Below are positions 13,446-27,875 of a stretch of DNA of 64,000 nucleotides, one piece after another; position 1 is the first letter of the stretch; each line of letters opens with the position of its first letter. Source of the stretch: Kudoa neothunni (Eukaryota > Animalia > Cnidaria); assembly GCA_964304625.1 (NCBI GenBank), contig OZ199838.1, positions 11,818,324-11,882,323 of the forward strand. Reading direction: 5' to 3'. A model generated the notes under the pieces. It saw nothing but the letters and a program-made list of their open reading frames with translations. It did not search any database and was not told the DNA's origin. Both the position numbers and the translations under genes were made by a program.

Positions 13446-14593
13446 ATGAACAAAAGGGTTCCCTTTTTTATGGATAAAACCATATCGGATCCATGGTTTG
13501 ATGAATTGGACGATAATACAAATAACCGCCTTAATGAGCAACCGCTAACTGATTGGTATCCTACCACAACAAATCAGCCGGAGTTCTCAGATAAAGTCAC
13601 CGTAAACAACTCCAAATACTATAATCTACCATGCGATTGTGGACTCGTTGATAATATCGCTATGTATCAAAAACTTCGGACCCACATTTACTATGATACA
13701 CACACCCAGAATTTTTACAAATCGGACATCAATTCTACAGCAATTTTGCCTGATGGACTTCCTTACATGGGTTGTCCTAGACACAGCCAATACTTTTCAG
13801 ACGTGATACGTTGCCATGTGAACGTTGTTGGATTTGGTGAAGGTGTTCATCAGAAGATATTTCTATTTGACGCTACTTCACAGCATAACTATGCGATTCC
13901 GAAGCCTAATACAAATTATCCCACCTTTGACGAGGGTATTATTTGTGATAAATTGTTTTGGTGATTTTAATTTTCGTGAGGTAGAGAGTGAAGCAATGGA
14001 TAAAAAACGAAAAGTTCTATACAACTTGGCTACCACTAAACCTACTCGTCTAGAATCAGACATCTACCAACCAGTCCAGTGGGAGCTAACAAACATTTCC
14101 CCAATTGTGCAGCTTATCATAATGAAAAGGCTGACTGCACATGTAAGGAATATCTTGCAGCTGTACGTCAGAAATATATCAGAGCAAATTCTGCCGTTGC
14201 TGATGTGTTAGCCGATCATGGCATAGATATTGTTGTGACACCTGAAGGAATTCAGTAAGATTAACCAACCATTATTCAAAAATGTACTATTGCAGTTTTT
14301 TTGGTGATGACGTTAATTTTTGATTTCATTAGGGTGAATACGTTGGCACAAGATTGGCTAGAGCACCTTGGGTCAGAAGGTCTACGCGTAAATGTACTAG
14401 TTCCTCAAAACACAATAGCTCTTTGTTGGGTCATCGTGATAAGCTCAATAAACCACAAAATAGTCCCCATGTGGAATTATATTATAGAAGCCCTAACCGA
14501 ACGATTGTTGATGCGAATAATTCTCGTTGTTCTAACTCACTGTCTTTATTGGATAATGAAGACGGCATCGAGTACAAAATTTTAGCATATTGA
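13446..14593 (+). CDS. Uncharacterised Cys/His-containing protein, about 4 exons
   Basis: A 172-aa ORF continues after short introns (~13936-13988, 14014-14053, ~14255-14332) as KQWIKNEKIRHLPTSPVGANKHFPNCAAYHNEKADCTCKEYLAAVRQKYIRAN...GEYVGTRLARAPWVRRSTRKC, stop at 14593. Composition is coding-like. Confidence 0.6.
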
Positions 14594-17500
14594 TTCGAAT
14601 CTCACGTTAATGTCCTTTAGTTCTTTATATCGCAGTGATCATGATTCTCCAAACGAACAGTAACGTTCAATGAATCCCTCAATAGGATCTACCCCGATAA
14701 AGTACCCCAGCAGAATACTGCCGCCAAAAATGCCACATTCACAGTGTTGACTAGACCGAAAAAGCATCATGTTGAACATGTATTTATCAGATTTGATTGT
14801 TTTCACTTACCGATTTTATTTTTTTTATCTATATATAGGATGAGTTTTTGCCAAGCACTTTCTCCAATAGAAATAAGTCCCAAAATATTGATGGTTCACG
14901 ATTGTCCTCGTTGTCACTATTAAAGTGTGATTCGTTTGTTTGGATGTTGTCGTTTTGTGTTGCTGAAATTATTTGTTTATTTGTTAGATGTGGCTTGCCT
15001 GAGGACGACCTTCAACGATGGGTTACTGTTATTGGTTTCCAACCAAGATTCACCGGTCATGTTGTACGTTTCATGAGCTCTTTTGGCCCTATTATCAAAA
15101 TCAAAGTAGTCTATTGTGTGGAGTGTTCTATTTTATTGTTCTATTCGGTTAGTCATCCAAAACTTGCAACTATCTCCATTTAATGTTTAGTAAGTCAGCT
15201 ACGCAGATATTGTAATTGAAATCTTTTCAGGTTTTCTCATTAGAATCACTAATGCGATCCAATTTTAGGCAATACAGAAAGGCACCTTCAAATTAGATAA
15301 TTCGATAATTATTAGTATAAAACCATGCACTAACACTGTAAATTCTATGACAATAGCTAGACATAACTCTTTCTGTTTATAGTTCATACCAAACGAACAA
15401 GTTCATTGTTACGATAGTGAGAGAGATCGCAACAACAGTTTCCAATCCGTATTCAATGTCTCCAACTACGTATCTTGGTTCACGTCGGCTTTTTCAAAGT
15501 CGTGGATTATGTTGATGGTTTCATCAACGAACCATAATCGTTCACTGCTCGATTACTCTTATATATGCTAGCATTGTTCAACACATTGTTTAATTTCCTG
15601 TAGTATATTAACGATTGTTTTGTTACTGCGTGTATTGCAAACATTTATCTGAGTTGTTCTAAATAACAATCTTATTTATATGCCTGGGATTTACCGATTT
15701 CATGAATTTTTTGGATAAAATATCTACTCCAGAGATTGTCAACGGTTTTTTCCAATTTACTCTCTCAGTCTAATGAAGAATCCAAATTTGCCCCCTTAAT
15801 TTGGAGGCCACATTCATATATATTTTAAGGTTTTCGATCGATTCAGCTATGGCAGAGGTTATTTGTCATGATAAACTCTGATCCGAAAAGGGATGTGTGT
15901 TTGCATAATGACAATGTGTTTCCCCATCAACTCTTACTCACAAGCCGTACAGGTTTAATTTTTTAGATTTTGCTAGATCAAATTAATTTTTGTCCATTCA
16001 TTAGATTCATTAGCACCTAAGACCTAGAAATAATTAAAAATAGTCTAAACTAATGACACCTATATATTATTTACCATGAAAAATAATCATTTTAAATATT
16101 ATTATTATTATTACTATAAGGCAACATCACTAAAAGATAACGAGCCTTAACAGAAAGAGTCTGATTATAGTTCTATAAATAATTGTCACATACTAATTCC
16201 TAAGGACATTTAAAAAATTTCTGCCTAATTCTCATTGATTTTAATATCCATGAATAATATGATTCCTTAGAAATCCTGAAGTACATCGCAAACCCACAAT
16301 GCAAAAATTTCCCCTATCTAATTTTTATACCACTTAATCTATTCCTGCCAATTAAATTTTACTCCCAAGAGGTCAATGTACCTCCGGTTGACAACCCCTG
16401 ATTTACAGCAAAAGCAATAGCCATTTTAATTATTTTATCCATTTAAAGTTTACGTATTGTTTTCGGCACGCTTCAATAGAAACGTTTCTTCTAATTAATT
16501 TTCTAACAGTAAATTTTTATTATAATATGCTAATAACCAATATTTCAGATATTTTAAACAATACGAATGAAAAATTTTATACTTTTTAAATTCTTAAAAA
16601 TACATAATATTTAACTATCGTTAACACAAGGAACCATCATTCAACTAAGACAATAATAATAAGGTAAGCTAGTTCGTTCGTATATAACCGGTTAATATTA
16701 TACAGAGAGATTTTCACAGATAGCGGTATCTCAGACTGATCGTAAATACCTCATCGGTACGTAAAAGATTATTTCAGAAACCCACATACAATCATCCAGT
16801 CCCAGCAGCGATCGAGAAGTTTCCCGCGCACTTTACCTGTTTTAAAAATTTATATGAAAACATGTCTAATTAAACAAAAAATACTTTCATATTTTTAACT
16901 TTTTTATGATATAAATTTAATTACTTTAAATAAAAAAAATAATGATTTCCAAAAAATTAAATACGGGTTTTTAAGAGAAAAAATAAATAAACGATTATAA
17001 TTGTATATGAAGTTGAAATAGTGATTAATTTGAAATTATTAATAAAATAATAAAGAATTGAGGTGTTAAAAGCGAGCTACCTAATTCCAAATATGTTCCA
17101 ATCTACTGTATTTTTGGTTATTTAAGATAATTACAAGCAAATGATGCCTAAAACAACTAGCAAACTGATCGACTAAATTAAAAAACATCAGGGAAACTAT
17201 TGTAATTATTGGCATAAGTTATGTGAAAACGTATATTATTTAAATTCATTTTTGAATTTTATTTATCCATCACTAAGTCTTAATTTCGTATTGTCGTTAT
17301 CCTTTTTTTATGTTCGATCTATAACCAATCATATGACCTTAGTTGTATTATTAAAAATTGATATTCTTTTAATAATTGTAATTATTTATTTCTAAAAAAA
17401 CTAAGGTTGATTAAAAATGGCTTTTAAATACAATAAAAGTTTAGTTATTGTTATAGAAAACTTAGAAAATTTTTGAATCAACCTATAATAAAATATGGAT

Positions 17501-19732
17501 TTTGCCCAATTATAGTCATACACGTGGCACAACGGATTCTGAATGCACTGAATACGATCACCATTTTGAGGAAACTAGTTCTGAATTTAATAATTGTATA
17601 ATTGAAAACCCATATCGGATTAACATCATTCCGATAATGAAATTTATTTTTCCAGCGAAACAATTTAAGCAATGAAATTTAAGAGGGGAGAAAATTTTCC
17701 AACGTAAAATCCCCTTCAAAAATAATACATAAAAAAATTGCGATATTCTATTTTCTGCGTTCTTAAATTTTTGAACAATAAAATGTTAGATTTTCTTTTT
17801 GAATATATAAATACATATATGAAGAATGAGTTACAAGAGCAAAGTTAGATTACAACAAAATGACCGAATGAAGTATATTGGTTGTTGCTTGCTTATAAGA
17901 ATAATGAGAAGGAATAATATGGATGTGCACAAATTATTGATGTTTACAATATCGAGTTGAATGAATTTATAGGTACGTATGTAATTTTTAAAAAGTCCTA
18001 TTAGATAAGTTAGTCCTCGAATGCGAGCTAAATGTTGAGTGATATTTATGGTACAACCGTGTATACAACCTTATTGTTAAAATCAATCTCACCATGAAGA
18101 TCTTGGCAGTCTGATTGTAATCGGGAATTTAAAATATTCCTTCGTCACGTATAAATTATGTATTATTTAAAACAATTGCTTAGAAATTTTTCTGTTTCTA
18201 AAAGATGCAAATTTTCGGCGAGTCACAATCTACGTCACGTGTTTGAATAAGAGAGTAATTTCTTATTATTTATAATATTATATTTTAATAATATTAGTTT
18301 CTCTGTTATATCAAACGCTCCTATTTTAAAATATAATGTGAACTGCCTAATTACTATTTAGGGTTGTCAACAAAATAGTGTGGAACGCCATTTTTTATGT
18401 ATCGAAGCTTAAATGTCTTTAGAGATGACACACAACAAATTTTAATAGTAAATTGTAATTATTAAGCTACGAAAATATATAAGATATAAAATTTAATCTT
18501 GGATGTGTTTACAAGAGAACATTGAATAATTCCGGTGGGTATGAGCGTTAAAAATATTTAATTCATTGTAACGCAAGTGTAACCCAGTTAACTTAATTAT
18601 ATCAAGATAATGAGTGGTTTTATGGAATTTTTTAAAATTTCAGTAATTTAAACTGTTTTTAAAATTATAATTTTTATATTTTGAATAAAAAAGTTGCCAT
18701 AATTGATTGTAACAATTTTTAAGTAAGACCTGTTTCTAAAGGTTTGCTTTTATACTTTAATAATTAATATCGTTTTATTAAACAGAAAAACTATTTATAT
18801 AATTTAAATTTTCAGCGATAAATAAAGTCTTTATCTTCTTTGCGCATGCTCGAAAATTGGGAATTCAGTAAAGAAATGTGCTGAAAAACAATTAATTCCT
18901 TTTCTAGAAAGTTTTGGAATTTTAAATAATTCTAGCACTCAAAAATATCCACAATAATGCTTGCTTAAAGTTTAAAAAAATTTCTGTAAACAAATTACGA
19001 AGAATTATAAACAAATCCCCTAAAATGCAAAATATAGGATGAGTAACATTAGTTAATTACTATATTCTTTAAGTTAAGGAGATGCTTAAAGAACAATTTA
19101 TTATTTAATTTGATTTGATTTTTTAATTATTTTTCATTAACTAAATTAGCTTTTCGAAAATATTTATTTTTGGTGATATTATGACAATTCTAACACATAA
19201 AATGATTAAACTAAGTAAATGAATGCAAATAAAGTATTTTCAAATCACAAATATTCATTAGAAAAAATTTATAACGATTAAAAAATACATTTCAAATGAA
19301 GCTTTAATTAAATCTGCTTGTTTTTTATCCTACAATGTAAAAAGTGGAACGCCTAATAAATTAATGATCAATTCAACCTTTCAGAAAATCATTACCTCCC
19401 GTTATGTATAATAACAAGTGATACTTAGAGCGGGATTAAAGATAAAAAGTAATTTATTATACACAAAATAATAATTATCACCCAATTAAAAAATTATCAA
19501 ATGAATAAATTGCGCATGTATTTTAATCTAGGATATAAAGCTCAAAGAATATTTTTTAAATTATAACAAAATTTTATGAAACAGTTAATAAATAGAATAA
19601 AAAATTGATTAACAGAATAACGATTTATAGTGAAATATAACGAGTATTCTGTTCGCGCAACGTAACAATCGTATGTTACGTGTTTACGCTAGGTTGTGCT
19701 GACAGGAATATAGTTGATGATTCGTTGGTGCT

Positions 19733-20936
19733 ATGTTCAACCGTTTATTTGCAGCTTTTCTAAGAAATCATCGCGAGGATTATCCGGGCGAACGTAGTGG
19801 CCATAAGGCCACCAGAGCTGGGCCGTATATTATAATTTTTGGAGGATACAACAATATTGAGAACCATCGTGTATACACTGAGCTATGGTTCTATCATATT
19901 TATTTCAAGAAATGGCATCGATTCTTGTTTCCTTCCAATTTCACCAAAGCAACTCTTTCTTCGTCGGTTCTGTTCCACAATGGAAATATCTACATATTTG
20001 GTGGTACTGGCTTTCCATTCGCTCAAGAATGTACCAACTACATCACAGTGTTTGATATTGAAAAACACTCGTGGCATATTACCGGTGATGAATCGATAAG
20101 CGCTCATCAACCAAGCAAAAAATATTGTCAGTCGATGGTGTTCTATCAAAACAAATTGTACGTGTTCGGTGGAACAACTGGATTTGTTGAAAATAATGAC
20201 CTTAATATTTTTGATTTGACACTAAAGAAATGGATTCCAGTTGAACCAGCCCCCAGTGGGTTAGAACCTCTCAGATGTTTTCGACATGAAGCAGTAGTTT
20301 TCAACCACAAGTAATTCGATACATCAAACAATTAAAAGATCTTATCAACCTTTAGAATGTATGTGATCGGTGGAGCGGTTGTTTCGAGCGACCGTTTGTA
20401 CTCATTTGTAAATATCAGGTCGTTCGATTTGATAACACATGTGTGGGAAGAATCTCCCACCAACGGTGACAAACAGTTCAACTACCCAATCAGTCGTACG
20501 TGTTTTGCTGTCGCTCAACAAAGTGAATTTCTTTTTGTGAGTGGAGGTAAAGGGGTTGATGGCAATGTTTTCGATGATATTTGGAAACTAAATCTGCTCA
20601 CCATGACCTGGTCCAAGTTGCGTGTGGTAAACTTTCCACCAACCAGATTATTAATGTCTTTTGATTGTTGTTTAGAATTTGTTATGCCCTGTGTATTTTC
20701 ATTCAATGGTTTATGGATCTGATGATCGACTCTACATATTTGGAGGTATCAAAAATGACTACAATACACGTTCCAATGCACTCCAAGTGATAACCCACCA
20801 AGTTCAACGGTTGATGCATATTGCTGCGGATGTGGTGGGCTCAAACACACAATTTGAAGCGTTTGTGTCCAAACACACATTAACTCATTTTAGACCATGC
20901 CAACCGTATGAGCTTTGTTTCCAAAAGGTTATCTAA
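19733..20936 (+). CDS. KLHDC10: Kelch domain-containing protein 10-like (3 exons)
   Basis: PGERSGH..IIIFGGYN; YIFGGTGFPF; YVFGGTTG; MYVIGG; LFVSGG; PVYFHS..LYIFGG. Six kelch repeats with the KLHDC10-type GGTG.PF motif. Confidence 0.85.
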
Positions 20937-23900
20937 TTTTGTATCCAAAAGTTTGTGTTGTTATTCGAATGATTTTATTATTTGTGTATAGCGATGATAG
21001 TTTTGTAGTGTGTTTGGAATTGTTAGCTTTAATTTAAGCTTTAATTATTCACGCTTTTTTCCATAAGTATCTTACGAAATATTTGGAGTTTGTGTCTGCA
21101 TCGGTTAGGTGAAAAAAAATAATTACAAAAAAATGCATTATTAATTTTTAAGCGTTATTTTAACTCATTGTTTCCAGTGTGGAATGGAACATGAAAATTT
21201 CTGAGCGTTCGATTTACAATATCCAATGAATAATTTGCAAATTTTGTAGCTTAGTTTCAGCTCACAGGGTTCAACAATCTTTATTTCAGTTGAATTTATT
21301 CGAATTACTTAAGGCCTAAATTTTTCACTACAAGAAGAGTATTGTTGTAAATATAGAGACTCTGATAATTCATTCATTAAAAAGTCATTTTTATATGATA
21401 GAAGTATTTTTTTATCATATTGAAGTGCGTTAGTTATGTTTATATTTGTTTTACTATATAAACTCTTCTTATTTTTGCGTCAAACAGTATCCACGTGATT
21501 CTTATTCTTAATTTTTTCCATTTAACGAATTGAATATGTATAATTTTGTTAAATATAACATTTTTTCAATACAATTATGTTAGTTTTAGTTTATATATTT
21601 TTTCGACAAGTTTATGTTTATTTTAGAAAACTAATTGAAACAATAATGGCAGTAATAACGGATTAATATTTATAAAAACATTTTTATGTAGTTAACATCT
21701 TTTGAATATACAAAATTTAAGTTAAAAAAAATCCTTATAATATTTATTTTATAATTACATTATTATACAACCAGATTTTTGTATTTAGATATAAATAGCG
21801 TTTATTATCTACGTCAAATAGATGTCTGCTAAATTATTTGATTATTTGTATCAAAAATTTAAAGTATTGTTTTTTTAGGATTGTGTTAAAAATCAATTTT
21901 TATTCCCTTATTCTTAATAAATTAGAACTTTATAATGAATTAAACTAAAATCAAAATATATTAGAACATTTAATGGATGTTTTCCATATGTTACTTTACG
22001 ATGATATTGAAAATTGTTAAATTGTAGAATAATGGCCGTAATCCAAAGCAGCGACAACGGACCACATCATTTAATCGATCGAGTAAAGCAATGTTTCACT
22101 ATGTGGGCGCGACAAAACTTTTGTGTGACGCGGTTAATAGTGAAATAATTGGTCAACCTGGCGTACTTTGAAGTCAATATCGCTTATTTATAAATGACAA
22201 TTAATATAATAGAAACTACAAAAAAACAATGAATAATTATACGGAAATTAATACTAAAATTTAAAGTGTCTTTCATCAGAATAGAATCATACAACCCCTT
22301 TTTGATTTAACCAAATATAATATTAATTAATTTCCGATATTGACTATTTATTTTCAGTTTATAAGCTCCTTATAAACAAAATTCTTTCCTAATGAAGATT
22401 GGATTATCCCGAGTTTCACTTGATGCTGTTTTTGACACAATGAAGAACTAAGTATATTAACTCTTAAGGTCTATCGATAAATTGAGTTTTGTTTCCGAAA
22501 AAATTTCAATATGATAGAGAGCTTTATTCAAAATTATGAACCATTTAAGTTAAGAAATTAATCGTTTGAAAAAGGCGGGCGCGAGAGAAAAAAGTTTGGG
22601 AAACACTGGAGTAAAGCATGATTTATTTACCCTAAATATGAGTTTGACAATTATGATTTTGATGGATTGTCCAAATTTCTCCTCGGCGATTACCTGCCAT
22701 TAATTCTGTGTCTATAAGAATTATATATTTTCTGCAAGCATTAGGTGTTAAATTATATCAAATTCATAACGTTAATATCAAAAATAATTTTAATGGATGA
22801 AATGCAGAGAATCCTAATGAAAATTTTTCAACAAAGTTCGTACTAATTTGTTTTAAACAATTCAGGATTAATGTCCGAACTAATTATAATCTTTTATCGG
22901 AAAATGTGACCACTACTCTACATTTTAACCATTTGATTATATTAATATTACGATGAAGAATACAAAATTTTCAGCAAGATAACATGGAGTCAATCAGGGT
23001 AATAAGGTAGGATGTGTCACCTAAAAAACACCCTACTGCGCGTCGTTTTTTTCGTCGATTCTTTCACGAATGTTCATAATAGAATAAAAGGATACCAAGG
23101 AGAAGTATTCAGCTAATTATGATAACATCTAATTTTGGTGCAAATCCCGAATATAACGCCGGCGACACGCGTGAAATCTTCGTTAAGTTTCCAATAACCA
23201 ATGAAAACCCACCTTATTGTGCATACATTGACATCTACATTTATTATACACCTTAATAACATTTTTTTGGAACGAAATGTTTGATTTAAATAACAATATA
23301 TAAAATATTTAAGTGAGTGGTCTACTCAATTTTCGTATAATTCTAGATTAAATTTCAAATATATTAAAAGATGAAGTTTCCGTAAACCATAACAAATTAG
23401 TTTGAGCCAATGCATTGTTTATTTCAATAAAATTCTATAAATGTGTAATTTTGCGCACGCTCATTATCTGAATATTGCGCACTACTTTGAACCTTGAACT
23501 CCCCCGTTCGGTGTGCGATATCCAGAGACGACTGTATACAGTAAATTCTTGCTATTTTGTAACTTTCCTTTGTCCAAAAAATTGACGCAATATCGATAAT
23601 CTACTGTAGCGGTCAACAAAGTACGGCCCGCAGTGTCCCCTCACATTCGAATGCGTATGCGCATATGAAATTATGTTGACTTACTTAAAGACTATCACTA
23701 CATTGTTTTAGTAGATGAGTATTGATTATAAATTTCATTTAATTACTATAAAGTTTTTATTTTATCTTAATTGAAACAAAAGAGAAAATCGAGAAAATAC
23801 ATGTTTCAAGGTTTTTTTGATTCGTATGCTTCTAATAATTTAGAATTCTTAATTATTTAAACTTATAAACTAAATTGATTAGTTCTAATTTTTAATCTAG

Positions 23901-25652
23901 TTGAGTTTAATTGATTTGTTACTAGAAATTTAAAATGATGGGACAATAATCACCGTTTGTTAGATATTTTCTAGCATCATATACAGCATTTTATAAAATT
24001 ATATACTTATCTTCAAATTTTGGTTAATAAAGAAATAATGAAAAAATTTAAAGCTCGACAAATGAATACCTTATTAGCATTTATACAATTTAAGTATGAT
24101 CGAATAAATAAACTATGAATTTTATACCTGAAAAAATTGTAATTCTAAATTACAACTACAAATATAGTTAACTTTGCGATTTTTGTGAATTATACAGTAG
24201 ACAACGGAAGGTTCGTAATCCCATTGTGGGTCTCAAAACTGAAATATACTAAATCCTGCCACGGGAATTAGTTAACTGTTTCACATTCACATTTAAATAC
24301 AAATTCATTATTTTGTTATATTTATATTATTTTCGTCTCATCTTTATAACTGCTTTTCAGCAAAAAATTTTTAATCCGGCCTTGAGGCTTGTAAAAATCG
24401 AAAATAATTAAGTTTGGGAAGATTAAATTCGCTTCAACAATATTCAGTGCGCTTTCATTTCTAAATTTTGGTAAAAATTTAGCGTCAATGATTGAATTCC
24501 TGATTTTCAATGCCTCAAAGGGGTTGCAAAATTTCAGTTACCTGCTGAAGCCTTTGTTAGTCATCTTAAGGACTGGATTAAGATTCGACAGCAAGATTAT
24601 ATGAATAATGATATTGCAAGAATAACCTATTCAATATTGTATTTAATAAAATATAGCTCCAATGGAAATAAGCAAATATAAATAAATTTGGTAACGTTAA
24701 AATTCAACGATCACCAACGAATATCACTCTCGTAATCATTCTTAGTTCCTTATACTCTTTAAATTATTCAAATTATTTTGTCTTATGTCATTTTGTTAAA
24801 TTATTGATAGATACATTAACAACAAAGTTGATGTTTACGCCCCGTGAACTGAGTTTTTCCGCGATTTTCCACAGTAGCGATTAAACCCGATCCCGTGGGG
24901 ATATAATATTACAACCAAATGATTAGTGGGGCGTATAAATGCACTGTTAAGCCATCGAAAAAGTTTATTATTGCAATATATAGAACGCAATTATATGATA
25001 ATATTCTTCTTTTATTGAAAACGTCAGAATTTCGGAATAGAAATCAATAATTCCAATATCAAAAGTCACTAATTAAATAAAGCTAATTAACATTTATTTG
25101 ATAATAAACATAGTTTTGGTTACAGATGATGGATGCAGTCAAGGTATCTTGTTAATTATTGAATAATTGGGATTAGGACAGTCACAAAAATGTTATCTAT
25201 ATGTCACAATTATAGAAATGCAATTCTTTTGATGATTGTTTTGTGTTAAGGGAATCGAATAATTTCAACATAAATTTAAAGCGTATATCAACTTAATTGG
25301 GCTGATATACAGAACAGAAATTAATAAGTATATAATCACATAAGATCTAGTTGAAAGATGTAATGTATTAGGATTAATCTTATTTTAATAATAATATTTA
25401 ACCTCAATTTAGGAAATTTTCTAATTAAACAACAACAATGTACATCTCGCAATTAATATTAAAAATAAATAATACTACCGTATCAGCTAATAATACAAAA
25501 TATACTGAAAATACGCAAATTGATCTGTGCCGATTATTTTATCCCCGACGAAGCATCATTTCAACGGGTGGCATTCGGCTGAACTAGACAATAAAATCCA
25601 ACTATAATCTATTTTCAAAAGTTTTTTTTCTTGAAAAATATTTCTTATTTAC

Positions 25653-27875
25653 ATGCTTCAGCAGATAATCACCATATTCGTATCATTTTCTCTATCAGCT
25701 ATAATGTGGATGATATCGTTGAGTTCAACATTGTTTTTGGCCTCATACTACAAATATTCCAACGGATACACACAACCGTTTTCTCTATTCTATCATTTGC
25801 TTAAGACTTTGCCTAGAGATTTATGGTAATTGATATGATTGATGAAATGTGAATTTGAGTTGGATGGTTGATTTGTCTTAGGTTTGTGTACATCATATTT
25901 TGCTGGAACTTGCAGTTGTTCTATCGAAAAATAAGAAATCTATCGATTATTGATGATCTTCGTTCGAACGTCAACAAAACACCACATAAAGAAGCTCTTG
26001 TTGGTTTGAACGGTACCACCTACACTTTTCAACAGTTGGAGGATTATTCGAACCAGGTTTCAAATTTTATTCTCTCCAAAGGACACATTAATGAAAAATC
26101 TATTGTGCTTATTATGGAAAATTGCCCCGAGTACATTGCGTTATGGCTTGGAATTGCGAAGTGTGGTATTATCACCTCACTTCAAAATTACAATCTCACT
26201 GGAGAGCAGCTGATTAATTGTCTCAACTCATCCCAAGCCAACACAATTATCGTTTCCAACAAATACTATCAACATTCGTTGGCTGATCTGGATTTGAATG
26301 ATTTCGTGGTGCATATTTATGATGTGCCTTCCACCGAAAATAAATCATCAACTCCAGCCGCCCTTTCTACTATCAATAACCAAATATTGGAACAATCGAC
26401 TCAACCTATTGTTTACACCGAAGGTGGTCCTGTAAAAAAACCTTCGTTTGATGGTACATACAATAAAATTTCGATCATTAGCCTCTAATATATTTTCTCC
26501 CAATTAAAAATCTAGATATTCTTTTCTACATCTATACATCGGGAACCACAGGCCTTCCAAAGCCAGTCAAAGTGTCCCATAGAAAGTAGATCTATGTTCA
26601 ACTGCTTACGCTGAAATTTGACTATTTAGAGCATATGTATTCGCTTCGAGTGGGGCTTTTCTCAGCACGACCTCAAAGGATGTCATTTACACCTTTCTTC
26701 CACTCTACCATATCAGCAGTGGTGTTGTGTGCGTGATGCAATGCTTCCTATTTGGCGCCACTATGGTTATTCGAGAAAAGTTTTCCGCTTCCAACCTTGT
26801 CAAAGACTGTATCAAATATCATGCTACTGTATGGTGGTTGTTTTTGTGAGTGCGAATTTGCTTTAACTATCATACAGGGATTCAATTATGTTGGTGAGGT
26901 GTGTCGCTATCTGATGAATATACCGGTGCAGAAGGAGGAAAAAGATCTTAGACTGAGAATTGTTTTCGGTAATGGTCTTCGAGAGAATATTTGGAACGAT
27001 TTTGCTGCTCGTTATCATATCGATCTTATTGGAGAATTCTATGGTAGCACCGAAGGCAATGTAGCTTTTATGAATGCAAGCAATAAAACTGGTGCATGTG
27101 GTTTCCTACCAATATGGACCAAGCCATTTATTCCTTACTGTATTGTAAAATGTGATCTATCGACTGGCGAAATTATCAAAGATAAGAACGGTCATTGTAT
27201 CCAATGCGATATTGGAGAGCCCGGACACATTATTGGACAAATCACAAAGTGTATGTGTGTTGATTTCTCTATCTCTCCATTATCTGAATGTATTTTTTTA
27301 TTTTAGTAATCACCCTATCCAATGTGGACGGCTACACCTGCGAAAAAGCAACAAACGCCAAGCTTATTAGAAATGCATTTAGAGATGGCGATGTTTATTT
27401 CATCACTGGAGACATTATGCGCCAAGATGAAGAGGGATATTTCTATTTTATGGATCGTGTGGGAGATACGTTCCGCTGGAAGGGAGAAAACGTGTCCACT
27501 CAGGAACTCGAGAATATCATTATCAAAAAATTGAACAATCAGGATGTTGTTGTGTATGGGGTGGAAGTACCGGGCAAAGAAGGCAAGGCTGGAATGCTCA
27601 CCTTGGTTGATCAAAACCAGAATATCTCATTGTCTCGTGTGTATGATGCTGTACGCGATATGCCAGTATACCAACAACCATTGTTTGTACGAATTTCGTC
27701 TCAACATCACATCACTACCACTTTCAAATTCAACAAAGTCAACCTCAAAAAAGAAGGTTTCAATCCTCATTTGGTGACGGACAAACTTTTCTACCTGGAT
27801 CAACAAAATAAAACCTATCTACCACTAACCAAAGAAATCTATGATGATATTACTAATGGCGGGATCAATTTTTGA
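25653..27875 (+). CDS. SLC27A: Long-chain fatty acid transport protein / very-long-chain acyl-CoA synthetase (SLC27A1/4-like)
   Basis: N-terminal TM then KTLPRDL; AMP-binding YIYTSGTTGLPK; LPLYH; GEFYGSTEGN; FATP signature GDIMRQDEEGYFYFMDRVGDTFRWKGENVST; VYGVEVPGKEGKAGM. Confidence 0.93.

Noticed and set aside
13825-14211. ORF containing GDFNF, suggesting a LINE AP-endonuclease
   Set aside because: No other endonuclease or RT motifs. The GDFN lies in an inferred intron and alternative frame of the 13446 gene.
14600-15900. Additional gene (ORF 14848-15183 and stop-interrupted minus-strand frames)
   Set aside because: No motifs or consistent splice model. More likely 3' UTR or decayed sequence.
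17800-18150. Exon-like fragments (similar ones at ~28450-28620)
   Set aside because: In-frame stops and no recognisable homology; cannot be supported beyond possible decayed pseudogene pieces.
22570-23640. Isolated hAT-like and Tigger-like termini (~22590-22608, ~23537-23632)
   Set aside because: No convincing partner TIR or TSD found; too fragmentary to call as elements.
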